DNA from: Lachnospiraceae bacterium
GTDB lineage: Bacteria > Bacillota > Clostridia > Lachnospirales > Lachnospiraceae
Direction of reading: 5' to 3'
DNA length: 64,000 nt
Assembly: GCA_022792335.1 (NCBI GenBank)
Contig: JAAWAV010000041.1
Location: 72,039-136,038, forward strand
This document shows positions 19,187 through 28,824 of this stretch, in pieces. The notes under the pieces are model-generated. The model saw only the letters and a program-made list of their open reading frames with translations, was not told the DNA's origin and ran no database searches. Numbering within the stretch: position 1 is the stretch's first letter; the number at the start of each line of letters is the position of its first letter. The translations under genes and the position numbers were made by a program.

Positions 19187-20260
19187 TTGGCGGAACAGAA
19201 CGGCCAGGAAAAGACAGAAAAACCAACTGGGAAACGGCGTAAAGACGCCCGAAAAGAAGGTAATGTATTCCAGAGCCGGGAAATTTGTACAGTGGTCATC
19301 CTGTTTGGTGTGTTCTGGATGATTCGTATTCTGCTTCCCTTTATCTATACGCAGGTTCGACAGTATTTTAATTGGATTCTGGACGGTATGCTTAAAGCGC
19401 CGGAAGATCTTCTTACTTACCAGTTGTTTTTAGTCACCGTATTTACTGCGCTGAAGTGTGCGTTGCCGCTTCTCCTGACCACTTTTCTCCTGGGAATTTT
19501 GTCTCATGGAGTACAGACACGTTTTAATGTAGCTTTTAAGGCCCTAAGGCCCAAGTTCAGTAAACTGAATCCCATCAAAGGAATGAAGAAGTTATTTTCT
19601 CTTAAGAATTTGATGGAATTGTTGAAAAGTCTGATTAAGATCACTCTTTTGCTGGTTCTTCTCTATAACATCCTGATGGCGGATCTGGCAGATCTGGGAA
19701 GGATGATCGGATTGCCGGTAATGAACTCAGCAATCCGTACCTTAAATATGATTTTTAGTCTGGTTATGAAAGTCTGTATGGCTTTTGTGGTAGTTGCATT
19801 TTTTGACTTTCTCTTTCAGAGATGGCAGTATGAAAAAGATTTGAAGATGACCAAACAGGAAGTCAAGGACGAATACAAGCAGACAGAAGGAAATCCGGAG
19901 ATCAAAGGCCGCATTCGGCGGATTCAGCGTCAGATGGCTTTAAGCAGGATGATGCAGAAAGTTCCGGAAGCAGATGTGATTATTCGTAACCCGACTCACT
20001 TTGCAGTGGCTATTCAATATAATCCGGAGAAGCACAATGCTCCGGTTGTACTGGCGAAAGGCCAGGATGAGCTGGCGCTCCGTATCGTCCGGACAGGCGA
20101 GGAGCATGGCGTATATGTAATTGAAAACCGCCCTCTTGCCAGAGCGCTTTACGCTTCTTGTGAGCTGGACCGGGAAATACCGGCAGAGTTTTATGGCGCA
20201 GTGGCGGAGGTTCTTGTATATATTTACAGAGTCAGTAACCGTGAGGATATGTTGCGGTAA
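19187..20260 (+). CDS. flhB: Export switch FlhB
   Basis: EKTEKPT, EGNPEIK, NPTH autocleavage site. Confidence 0.97.
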   Translation: MAEQNGQEKTEKPTGKRRKDARKEGNVFQSREICTVVILFGVFWMIRILLPFIYTQVRQYFNWILDGMLKAPEDLLTYQLFLVTVFTALKCALPLLLTTFLLGILSHGVQTRFNVAFKALRPKFSKLNPIKGMKKLFSLKNLMELLKSLIKITLLLVLLYNILMADLADLGRMIGLPVMNSAIRTLNMIFSLVMKVCMAFVVVAFFDFLFQRWQYEKDLKMTKQEVKDEYKQTEGNPEIKGRIRRIQRQMALSRMMQKVPEADVIIRNPTHFAVAIQYNPEKHNAPVVLAKGQDELALRIVRTGEEHGVYVIENRPLARALYASCELDREIPAEFYGAVAEVLVYIYRVSNREDMLR

Positions 20261-20283
20261 TTATCAACGGATGGAGTTTTTAC

Positions 20284-22419
20284 ATGAAGAAGCTGTTTAA
20301 TTATTCAATCGTACTTTTTGTACTGGTGATTGTATTGCTGCTCATCATACCGCTTCCGGCGGGATTGGTGGACGTAGCGATTATTTTGAATATCTCCCTC
20401 TCCATGATGATTCTGGTGACCACCATGATAATCAAAGAACCGCTGGAATTTTCCGTATTTCCCTCTATTCTTTTGATTACGACGCTGTACCGTCTGGGGA
20501 TTAACGTATCGACCACCAGAAACATCTTGAGCAACGGCGGCTCTTCCGGTGCGGTTATCAAGGCTTTCGGTGATTTTATTCTCCAGGGAAATGTGGTAGT
20601 CGGACTGGTTATTTACTTGATTATTGTGTTGATGCAGTTCCTGGTTATTACCAAGGGAGCAGAACGAGTCGCTGAGGTGGCGGCACGTTTTACTCTAGAT
20701 GCCATGCCTGGTAAACAGATGGCCATTGACGCGGATTTAAGTTCTGGTCTGATCAATGAACAGCAGGCGAAAGTACGCCGGGAAAAGATACAGAGGGAAG
20801 CGGACTTTTATGGTTCCATGGATGGTGCCACAAAGATTGTAAAAGGTGATTCCGTCATGTCCCTAATCACCACGGCGATTAATTTGATTGGCGGTAGTAT
20901 CATCGGTATGGTTCAGTCCGGTCAGAGTATCGGTGAAGTCTTGACCACTTACTCGATCGCTACCGTGGGCGATGGTCTGGTGGGACAGATTCCGTCTCTT
21001 TTAATTTCTACGGCCACAGGTATGATTGTAACTCGTGCCGTTTCAGAGGGCAGCCTGAATGAGGATGTATCCAAGCAGTTTCTGGCCCAGCCTTATGCGA
21101 TTATGATTGCCGGGGTTGCGACGGCAGTGATTTCTATTGTTCCCGGTATGCCGAAGATTTCCATGGGGATGGTTTCCATTACCCTGGTGGTAAGCGGTTA
21201 CTATCTGGCAAAACGGATAAAAGAAGCGCCGGAGGTTCCAGGTTTGGCCACGCAGATGGGCGCTTCTGATATGCAAGGGATTCCGGAAGGGGAAGGAGAA
21301 GAGACTCTCCAGGCGCCGGTATCCGAAGAAGAATATTATAAAGATGTCAATAATGTTTATAATCTTCTGGCAGTGGAACCCATTGAAATGGAGTTTGGTT
21401 ATAGTCTGATTCCGCTGGCAGATGAGTCGGTAGGGGGGCGGATGATCAGCCGGATTGTGATTTTCCGGAGGCAGTATGCCCAGGATATGGGACTGGTGGT
21501 TCCTTCTATCAAACTGCGGGATTCTTCAGCGCTCAGTACCAATGAATATTGTATCCGTATTAAGGGAGAGGAAGTGGCCAGAGGCGAGATTCTGGTTGAC
21601 TATTTCCTGGCTTTAGAGCCAGAGAATCCGGAACGGATTATCGATGGTATCGAGACCGTAGAGCCTGCATACGGGATTCCTAGCCGATGGATTCGGCCGG
21701 AGGACAGAGAACGGGCCGAGCTGTATGGATATACGGTTATCGATCCTCTGTCAGTCATTGTGACTCATTTGTCGGAAGTTATCCGGCAGCATGCCTTTGA
21801 ACTTTTGACGAGACAGGAAGTGGTTCATCTTGTGGAAAATACAAAGAAGATGGCTCCGGAACTGATTGAGGAGGCATTTCCCAATCTGGTTTCCTACGGA
21901 ATGTTTCAGCGGATTCTTACCAGTCTGTTAAAAGAAGGGGTTCCCATCAAAGATTTGGAAACAATCATCGAGACAATGATCGATACGCTCCAGGAGACTG
22001 GCCTTCCCGTCAAAGATTTGGACGGGGTAACAGAGCGAATCCGAACGGCGCTTAAACGTACCATTACCCGTATGTACTGTGAAGACGGCAGTATGAAGGT
22101 GATTACCCTGGACGGGGAACTGGAGCGGACCATGGCCGCATCTATCTCAAAGGGAGAAGGCGGTTATTATATGGCCCTGAGTCCTGATATGATACAGAGT
22201 CTGATTAGGCAGCTTGCGGAACAGCTCAGGAAGTTCAACGGATTTACACAAAATCCGGTGGTACTGACCTCTCAGGTAATGCGGATTCATTTCTATCGCC
22301 TGGTGGAGCCTTTTTATCCTAAGGTACGGGTACTTTCTTTCAATGAGATCGCCAGCAATATCCAGATTCAGTCCGTGGGCAGCTTAAGACTGGAAGGTCC
22401 GGAGTTCAGGCAGGGATAA
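20284..22419 (+). CDS. flhA: Export protein FlhA
   Basis: RVAEVAARFTLDAMPGKQMAIDADL. Confidence 0.98.
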   Translation: MKKLFNYSIVLFVLVIVLLLIIPLPAGLVDVAIILNISLSMMILVTTMIIKEPLEFSVFPSILLITTLYRLGINVSTTRNILSNGGSSGAVIKAFGDFILQGNVVVGLVIYLIIVLMQFLVITKGAERVAEVAARFTLDAMPGKQMAIDADLSSGLINEQQAKVRREKIQREADFYGSMDGATKIVKGDSVMSLITTAINLIGGSIIGMVQSGQSIGEVLTTYSIATVGDGLVGQIPSLLISTATGMIVTRAVSEGSLNEDVSKQFLAQPYAIMIAGVATAVISIVPGMPKISMGMVSITLVVSGYYLAKRIKEAPEVPGLATQMGASDMQGIPEGEGEETLQAPVSEEEYYKDVNNVYNLLAVEPIEMEFGYSLIPLADESVGGRMISRIVIFRRQYAQDMGLVVPSIKLRDSSALSTNEYCIRIKGEEVARGEILVDYFLALEPENPERIIDGIETVEPAYGIPSRWIRPEDRERAELYGYTVIDPLSVIVTHLSEVIRQHAFELLTRQEVVHLVENTKKMAPELIEEAFPNLVSYGMFQRILTSLLKEGVPIKDLETIIETMIDTLQETGLPVKDLDGVTERIRTALKRTITRMYCEDGSMKVITLDGELERTMAASISKGEGGYYMALSPDMIQSLIRQLAEQLRKFNGFTQNPVVLTSQVMRIHFYRLVEPFYPKVRVLSFNEIASNIQIQSVGSLRLEGPEFRQG

Positions 22420-22438
22420 AGGAAAAGGATGAGTTCAT

Positions 22439-23212
22439 ATGTTAAAGCATATAGATGGTCTGGAAGCAAAAACAAATGAAGAGCTTCTGATACTGTATCG
22501 GGAAACTCATTCCGTCGAGATCCGGCAGGAGCTGACGCTGCGATATCTTTATATCGTAAAAGCCATAGCAGTTCAGATGCGAAACGTCTATGAAGGATCC
22601 ATGGATATGGAAGATATCATCAATGAGGGTGTTATCGCTATCATCAAGGGGATTGACCGTTATGATCCTGCTATGGATAATAAATTTGAAACCTTTATTT
22701 CCAGACGTATCCGGGGAATGATTATTGATTTAATGCGGAAAAGTGATTGGATGCCCCGGGATTATCGAAGACAGTATAAAGCCATTGAAAATGCCAGGCA
22801 GCAACTTTCCGGAGAACTGGGACGTCAGCCGACTCACGAAGAGATTGCAAAGCAGGTGGGAATGGATGAGAAGAAGTGTCGAAGGCTGGAACAGATCAGT
22901 ACCATGGCTAATGTCCTTTCCCTGGATATGGTCATGAGTGGAGATGAGGATCATCAGTCGGTGCAGCTTCCGAATACAGATGTTTCTTCTCAGCCGGAAC
23001 ATTCTTTTTTAAAGGGGGAGCAGCTTAAGCTTCTGACAGAAGCAGTCGAAAAATTAAAAGAGAAGGAAAAGATGGTGATTTCTCTTTACTATGTGGAAGA
23101 GTTAAACATGGGGCAGATTGCCCAGATTCTTAAAGTCAGCGAGCCGAGGATTTCTCAGATTCACAGTGCGGCGATCCGGAAGCTTCGAAAATATATGAGT
23201 GAAACTCAGTAG
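22439..23212 (+). CDS. fliA: Flagellar sigma factor (FliA/SigD, sigma28)
   Basis: KFETFISRRIRGMIID.MRK.DW.PR region 2; LYYVEEL...RISQIHS.A region 4. Confidence 0.93.
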   Translation: MLKHIDGLEAKTNEELLILYRETHSVEIRQELTLRYLYIVKAIAVQMRNVYEGSMDMEDIINEGVIAIIKGIDRYDPAMDNKFETFISRRIRGMIIDLMRKSDWMPRDYRRQYKAIENARQQLSGELGRQPTHEEIAKQVGMDEKKCRRLEQISTMANVLSLDMVMSGDEDHQSVQLPNTDVSSQPEHSFLKGEQLKLLTEAVEKLKEKEKMVISLYYVEELNMGQIAQILKVSEPRISQIHSAAIRKLRKYMSETQ

Positions 23213-23279
23213 AGAAAGACGACGATCGGTCGGGGTTTCGACCCCGGTATCAGATAAAGAAAATGAGGAGGAAGATTGA

Positions 23280-24071
23280 ATGTATCAGGGATTTTATAAC
23301 CTCGTGTCGGGAATGCTGACTCAGAGCAGGAACCTGAATGTGATCAGCAACAATATGGTGAATGTGCAGACTCCCGGCTATAAAAACGATACGATGGTGG
23401 CGACCACTTTCCAGGAAGAAATGCTGAAACGGACAGGCAGATGGGGAGATAGTGATGAGAAGGATCTGATCGTCAATTCCAAAATCATTACGGCTTCCGA
23501 AACTTATGTAGATTATGAACAGGGAAATTTTGATCCGACAGGAGGCATTTACGATTTTGCTTTAGCCGGAAACGGATTTTTCTGTATCCGAACGAATGAC
23601 GGAGAGACTCGTTATACCAGAAATGGTTCCTTTGCCGTGGACAATGAAGGCTATCTGGTCTTAAATGATCAGGGAAGGGTACTTGGCGCCAATGGACAGC
23701 CAATTCAGATTAGAAATGAGAATTTTTCCGTGGACTCCAAAGGTAGGATTCAGGGGCGGAATGTTACCTATGTAAACGGCCAGGCCCAGGTGAACGTGGA
23801 GGACTTTGGAACTTTGCGGATAGTGGATTTTGCAGACTATAATCAGCTTCACAGAGAGGACAACGGACTTTTTTCTACTGATCAGGCGGTGCTTCAGGCT
23901 TCGGAGAATACCCAGGTGCTGTGGCAGAGTCTGGAGCATTCCAATGTGGACATGGTAGAAGAGATGACGGCCATGATGAGCTCTCAGAGAGCGCTTCAGA
24001 GTGCGGCTCAGATGCTAAAAATGTACGACAGAATTATGGAAAAGTCATCCGTTGATATCGGAAGAGTATAG
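23280..24071 (+). CDS. Rod protein, FlgF/FlgG family (FlhO-like)
   Basis: VISNNMVNVQTPGYK, YTRNGSF, LEHSNVD. Confidence 0.9.
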   Translation: MYQGFYNLVSGMLTQSRNLNVISNNMVNVQTPGYKNDTMVATTFQEEMLKRTGRWGDSDEKDLIVNSKIITASETYVDYEQGNFDPTGGIYDFALAGNGFFCIRTNDGETRYTRNGSFAVDNEGYLVLNDQGRVLGANGQPIQIRNENFSVDSKGRIQGRNVTYVNGQAQVNVEDFGTLRIVDFADYNQLHREDNGLFSTDQAVLQASENTQVLWQSLEHSNVDMVEEMTAMMSSQRALQSAAQMLKMYDRIMEKSSVDIGRV

Positions 24072-24081
24072 GAGGAACACC

Positions 24082-24834
24082 ATGAATAAATCCTTTTATG
24101 TAGGGGCCATAGGGGCGGCGCAGACCACGAAACGTCTGAGTGTCATTGCCAATAACCTGTCAAATACCAACAACAATGGTTTTAAACCGAAAAAGGTATC
24201 TTTTTCGGAGCTGATTGAATATAACATCAAAGAACCGGAGGAAGCAGTGACGAATTTGCAGGCGGGGGCTGGTACAAAGGTAGCACGTACTTATACTTCT
24301 TTTGAGCCGGGGGCTTTTCAGCAGACCGGTTCTGAACTTGATTTTGCGATAGCTCAGAGAAATACCTTTTTTTCGGTGCAGGATCCGGAGAATGGGGATG
24401 TGAGCTATACCAGGGACGGGCATTTTCACCGGGCGCAGATGGAGGACGGCAACTTTTATCTGATGACGGATTCGGAAAAATATGTCTTAGATACCAATGG
24501 ACAGCGGATTCGGATAGAAAATCTGGAAGGATCTGAAACGGCGACGGAAGCTACGATGCAGCGCGTTGGCCTCGTCACATTCCAGTATTCCAGCCGGCTT
24601 ATGAGCGCGGGATCCAACGAGTATGTCCCTTCTGACGAGGGCGCGAGGGCGATACCGCTTGCGGAAGGAGAGCGTTCTAACGCTTTGGTAGGCGGGGCTC
24701 TGGAAGCTTCTGATACGGATATGGCAGAGGAGTTCTCCCATGTGATTGAGGCACAGAGGGCTTTTAGCTATGCACTTCGCATGGTAACGACTTCAGACGA
24801 GATTATGTCCACGATTAATACTCTGCGAAACTGA
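24082..24834 (+). CDS. Rod protein, FlgG family (FlhP-like)
   Basis: VIANNLSN.N..GFK, YTRDG.F, LEASD.D. Confidence 0.9.
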   Translation: MNKSFYVGAIGAAQTTKRLSVIANNLSNTNNNGFKPKKVSFSELIEYNIKEPEEAVTNLQAGAGTKVARTYTSFEPGAFQQTGSELDFAIAQRNTFFSVQDPENGDVSYTRDGHFHRAQMEDGNFYLMTDSEKYVLDTNGQRIRIENLEGSETATEATMQRVGLVTFQYSSRLMSAGSNEYVPSDEGARAIPLAEGERSNALVGGALEASDTDMAEEFSHVIEAQRAFSYALRMVTTSDEIMSTINTLRN

Positions 24835-24882
24835 TGATGTGGGGGATGGGACGCGCCTGCAGAGATAGAAAGAGAGGCAGAC

Positions 24883-25500
24883 ATGAAAATAAAGAATTAT
24901 GAAGATATGAATCTTCAGGAACTTGACGTGATGCGGGAGATCAGCAGCATCGGTACCAGCCATGCAGCTACTGCGCTGTCTCAGCTTTTGCAAAAGGAAA
25001 TTAGGATTTCTATTCCGACTGTCAGTGTCCTGGGATATAATGAGGCGCTTGCACGTATCGGAAATGCAGAGGAGATTGTAGCCGCTACTCTTGTAAAAAT
25101 GGACAAAGATGTGGAAGGCCTTATGCTATTTTTGTTCGATATGAATTTTGCCGGTACGGTGCTTAAAACTCTGCTGGGCCAGGAATACACAGGATTTGAG
25201 GAAATGGATCACTTGGCCTATTCGGCGCTGGAAGAGGTGGGTAACATTATTATTTGCTCCTATATCAACGCCTTTTCCAAACTGGTGGATGTGGATATCA
25301 GCCTTTCTGTGCCGAGTTCCACAGTCAATATGCTGGGAGGGATCCTGACTGTACCCATTGCCGAATATGGTTATGAAACGGATAAACTGATGTACTTTAA
25401 TGCAGATTTTATGATGGAGGGAAAGAAGCTTTCTGACTGGCTTTTGATGCTTCCGGATATGAAATCGTTGAACGCAATCTTGGGGAAACTAGGTGTCTGA
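24883..25500 (+). CDS. cheC: Chemotaxis phosphatase CheC
   Basis: REISSIGTSHAATALS and SALEEVGNII; adjacent to cheD. Confidence 0.92.
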   Translation: MKIKNYEDMNLQELDVMREISSIGTSHAATALSQLLQKEIRISIPTVSVLGYNEALARIGNAEEIVAATLVKMDKDVEGLMLFLFDMNFAGTVLKTLLGQEYTGFEEMDHLAYSALEEVGNIIICSYINAFSKLVDVDISLSVPSSTVNMLGGILTVPIAEYGYETDKLMYFNADFMMEGKKLSDWLLMLPDMKSLNAILGKLGV

Positions 25501-25502
25501 GA

Positions 25503-25985
25503 ATGGAAAAGGAACTAAAAGTAGGGATAGGTGATATGAAGCTTACCAGAGGGGAAGGACGTATCATTACATACGCTCTGGGTTCCTGTATCGGAATTTC
25601 CTTTTATGATCCGGCCATTAAGCTGGGAGCGCTTCTGCATATTATGCTGCCGGAGCGCCAGAGTCCCACAGACGTCAGCCTTTTTAAATATGCAGATACG
25701 GGAATCCAGGAAACATTGCGCAAGCTTCGGGCCTTTGGTATGGTGAAATCCCGCACGGTTGTTAAGATTGCCGGCGGAGCGAAGATGTTTGCAATTAAAG
25801 GAAACGCCAGTTTCGGCAATATTGGGGAACGAAATGCCGCCAAGGTGAAGCAGATTCTGCGAGCGGAAGGGCTGCGTCTCATGGCAGAGGATACGGGGGG
25901 CAATTATGCCAGGACCATGGTGGTGGATGTAGCTACGGGCAAGGTGACAATCAAGTCCTTTGGAAAGCCGGAGAAATACCTGTAG
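25503..25985 (+). CDS. cheD: Receptor deamidase CheD
   Basis: LGSCIG, LLHIMLP, KIAGGA.MF, IGERN, EDTGG. Confidence 0.96.
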   Translation: MEKELKVGIGDMKLTRGEGRIITYALGSCIGISFYDPAIKLGALLHIMLPERQSPTDVSLFKYADTGIQETLRKLRAFGMVKSRTVVKIAGGAKMFAIKGNASFGNIGERNAAKVKQILRAEGLRLMAEDTGGNYARTMVVDVATGKVTIKSFGKPEKYL

Positions 25986-26001
25986 GGAGGAAGGAGATCA
26001 A

Positions 26002-26952
26002 ATGGTAGAGGAAAAGAAAAGTAATATCCTGCTGGAATCGGGGACGAATGAGATTGAAGTCATGCGTTTTTCGGTGAGCGGAGAGTTTTACGGAATCAAC
26101 GTAGCAAAGGTACAGGAGATTATTATGGCGGAGAAGGTGAAGCCCATGCCTCATTCTCATCCGGCTGTGGAGGGAATCTTCAAACCTCGTGAAGAATTGA
26201 TTACGGTAATCAATCTGGTGTACTATCTGTTTGGGGAGTACCGGGAACATGGAGAGAAAGATCTGTTTATCATTACCAATTTTAACCGAATGACAGTGGC
26301 TTTCCGTGTGGAGAGTATCGAGGGAATCAGTCGAATTTCCTGGGGAGACATTCAGAAGCCAGATAAGACGATCAGCAACGGAAACGAGGGTGTGGCCACT
26401 GGTATCGCTCAGTGCGAGGGACAGCTTGTGACGATTCTCGATTTTGAGAAAATTGTAGCGGAAATCGCTCCTGAGACGACGATTCAGGTTTCCGATGTGG
26501 AAAAACTGGGTACGAGGCCTATATGCGATTGTCCGATTGTCATTGCTGAGGATTCCATGCTTCTCCAAAAGATGATTGACGATTGCCTGGAGAGGGCCGG
26601 CTTTACGCATCTGATCAATTTTTCCAATGGTCAGGAGGCCTGGGACTATCTGCACTCGATCAAGAATGATTCCGATTTGTATGACAAGGTAAATCTGGTT
26701 ATCACAGATATTGAGATGCCCAAGATGGATGGCCATCGCCTGACAAAGTTAATCAAAGATGACGCTCGTCTGAGACATCTTCCAGTTATTATTTTCTCGT
26801 CGCTGATTGATGAACAGATGCGTATTAAAGGGAAAGAACTGGGGGCAGATGAACAAATTGCCAAGCCGGAGATTGGACATCTGGTCGGCCTTCTGGATAT
26901 GATGCTGGAGAAGTTTAATGAACTTCGCCCGAAGTTTGATGTGGGAATATAA
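26002..26952 (+). CDS. cheV: CheV (CheW plus receiver domain)
   Basis: ILLESGTNE, YGINVAKV.EI, TDIEMP.MDG. Confidence 0.96.
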   Translation: MVEEKKSNILLESGTNEIEVMRFSVSGEFYGINVAKVQEIIMAEKVKPMPHSHPAVEGIFKPREELITVINLVYYLFGEYREHGEKDLFIITNFNRMTVAFRVESIEGISRISWGDIQKPDKTISNGNEGVATGIAQCEGQLVTILDFEKIVAEIAPETTIQVSDVEKLGTRPICDCPIVIAEDSMLLQKMIDDCLERAGFTHLINFSNGQEAWDYLHSIKNDSDLYDKVNLVITDIEMPKMDGHRLTKLIKDDARLRHLPVIIFSSLIDEQMRIKGKELGADEQIAKPEIGHLVGLLDMMLEKFNELRPKFDVGI

Positions 26953-27076
26953 CTTTTAATACTAGGGCGCGCTCTGTGAGAGAAAAGAGAGAAAACATGA
27001 CTTTGGATGCCGGGGCCTGACCTTTGGGGCCAATGTTCAGAACTGACATTTAAGACCATACGGAGGGGGTACATTT

Positions 27077-27853
27077 TTGGCTATTATTATTACGGTTTCA
27101 AATCAAAAGGGCGGTGTCGGCAAGACAACTACCTCGGCGGCGCTGGCAGCCGGAATTGCCGCCACCGGAAAACGGGTTCTGGGAGTGGATCTGGATCCAC
27201 AGGGGAACTTGGGCTTTTGCCTGGGGTTGGAGCCTTCTGATGCACCTACCGTTCTGGATGCCCTTCTGGGGAAGGTTACGACGGCGGAAGCCGTGGGACG
27301 GACGGAATACTGTGATGTTCTGCCCTCAGATATTTCTTTAAGTAGTGGCGTGGAACATGTGGCTGCGGAACACAGAGAGTGTATCCTTAAGGATACCTTA
27401 GCTCCGATTATCGGCCTATATGATTATGTGGTTATTGATACGCCGCCGGCGTTAAATCTGTTGACAGTGAATGCCTACGTGGTTTCTGATTTCCTGATTA
27501 TACCTATGGGTACGGATATTATGAGCCTGGTGGGACTGTCTCAGCTCAAGGAGACCATTGAGTCGGTGAGGAGTTCCTTGAATCCGAATTTAAAAGTTAT
27601 GGGAATCCTTTTGACTCGTTTTAACAAACGTACTCTTCTTGCCAGGGATGTGCTGGAGATGGCCGGACAGTTGGCAAATCAGATTGGGACTGTGGTTTTT
27701 AAAACAAAAATACGAAGCGGTGTTGCAATTGCGGAGGCGCCGGCTCATGGAGAAAGCATTTTTGAGTACAGTCCCCGTTCCTCGGCGGTACAGGATTACC
27801 AGAGCTTTTTGGAAGAGATCGCCGGGACAATCCATCTGAAGGAGGTAAAATAA
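27077..27853 (+). CDS. ParA/Soj-family ATPase
   Basis: Deviant Walker A NQKGGVGKTTT, DLDPQGN, IDTPP, AEAPAHG. Confidence 0.93.
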   Translation: MAIIITVSNQKGGVGKTTTSAALAAGIAATGKRVLGVDLDPQGNLGFCLGLEPSDAPTVLDALLGKVTTAEAVGRTEYCDVLPSDISLSSGVEHVAAEHRECILKDTLAPIIGLYDYVVIDTPPALNLLTVNAYVVSDFLIIPMGTDIMSLVGLSQLKETIESVRSSLNPNLKVMGILLTRFNKRTLLARDVLEMAGQLANQIGTVVFKTKIRSGVAIAEAPAHGESIFEYSPRSSAVQDYQSFLEEIAGTIHLKEVK

Positions 27854-27854
27854 A

Positions 27855-28574
27855 ATGGCGAAAAAGACAAATAAAACATCACATGTATTGAATTTACTGA
27901 CGAACGGAGCGCCGGAGGGGGAAGAAGCGAAGGAATCTCAAGGCTCTGCTGCAAAGGAGACAGGAGCGGCGGAAACGCATGCTACAGCGCCGGAAAACAA
28001 GGTCATTGTTGTCAATGAGACCAGCGAGAACGAAAAGCTTTCCAATGAAATAAAAGATCGTCTGGAGGCGCAGTTGGAAGCGGAGGTAGCCCAGGCGACA
28101 GCTTCCGGAGAGATACCGGCCCCTTCGGTAGAAACCTCTGCCAGAGAGGAAGCTTTCGAGGTAGATGAGAGGGAGCCCGCCAGTGAAGCGGCATCTGCCG
28201 ATACAGTGCCGGAACCTGCAGTCGAGGAAGCACCGTCGAAGCAGGAGCCTGAGACAGATTCCGGGGTTTCTGAGGAAGAAAAGAAAGCTCCGAAAACACG
28301 GGCTTATAATATGATGAACGTGATGGAGCGACTTCTTGTTAATATGGAAAGCGACATGGAGGAAGAGATGCGTCAGAATGGAGTCTGTATGTGCGACCGC
28401 TGTCGCGCGGATGTTCAGGCTCTGGTATTGACTCAGATGCCGGCCAAATATGTGATTGTGGACAGCAGCAATATCTCTCCTATCATTGGATATTACGAGA
28501 ACCGCTACCGGATTTCTATGCTCACGGAGATTTTGAAAGCCTGCGTTACGGTAAAAGAAAAGCCGAGGCATTAA
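27855..28574 (+). CDS. Protein with disordered acidic N-terminal region and C-terminal ComFB-like domain
   Basis: NVME...CMCDRC..DV.AL.L...PAKY.V...V.EKPRH matches the ComFB family pattern. Confidence 0.8.
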   Translation: MAKKTNKTSHVLNLLTNGAPEGEEAKESQGSAAKETGAAETHATAPENKVIVVNETSENEKLSNEIKDRLEAQLEAEVAQATASGEIPAPSVETSAREEAFEVDEREPASEAASADTVPEPAVEEAPSKQEPETDSGVSEEEKKAPKTRAYNMMNVMERLLVNMESDMEEEMRQNGVCMCDRCRADVQALVLTQMPAKYVIVDSSNISPIIGYYENRYRISMLTEILKACVTVKEKPRH

Positions 28575-28611
28575 GTATAGGACATTATGTCCGAAACAAA
28601 TGGAATCTTAT

Positions 28612-28682
28612 AAACACCGGATGTCCTTTACAAAACATATTGATTGTCTGTTTTGTAAAGGGTGTCAGGTGTTTTTGATTTT
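28612..28682 (+). terminator. Long-stem terminator ending the fla operon
   Basis: AAACACC..CCTTTACAAAACA-loop-TGTTTTGTAAAGG..GGTGTTT then T-rich tail. Confidence 0.8.
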
Positions 28683-28738
28683 AGAAATTTTTTAGATGTG
28701 AAGAGAATGTGAAACCTGGCCGGGATGCGGTTTCTTTT

Positions 28739-28766
28739 CTTATGAATCCAGGAAAACAGTCGATAT
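28739..28766 (+). promoter_or_regulatory. Sigma28-type promoter of fliD
   Basis: CTTATG-N14-GTCGATAT. Confidence 0.75.
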
Positions 28767-28824
28767 TTTAGTTAATAGAATGTATGAAATATGCTGTCAA
28801 AAGCTTAAGGAAAGGAGAACATAG

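Noticed and set aside
23229-23246. CGGGGT-TTCG-ACCCCG hairpin between fliA and the rod genes as a terminator
   Set aside because: No U-tract and the operon appears to continue; at most a stability hairpin
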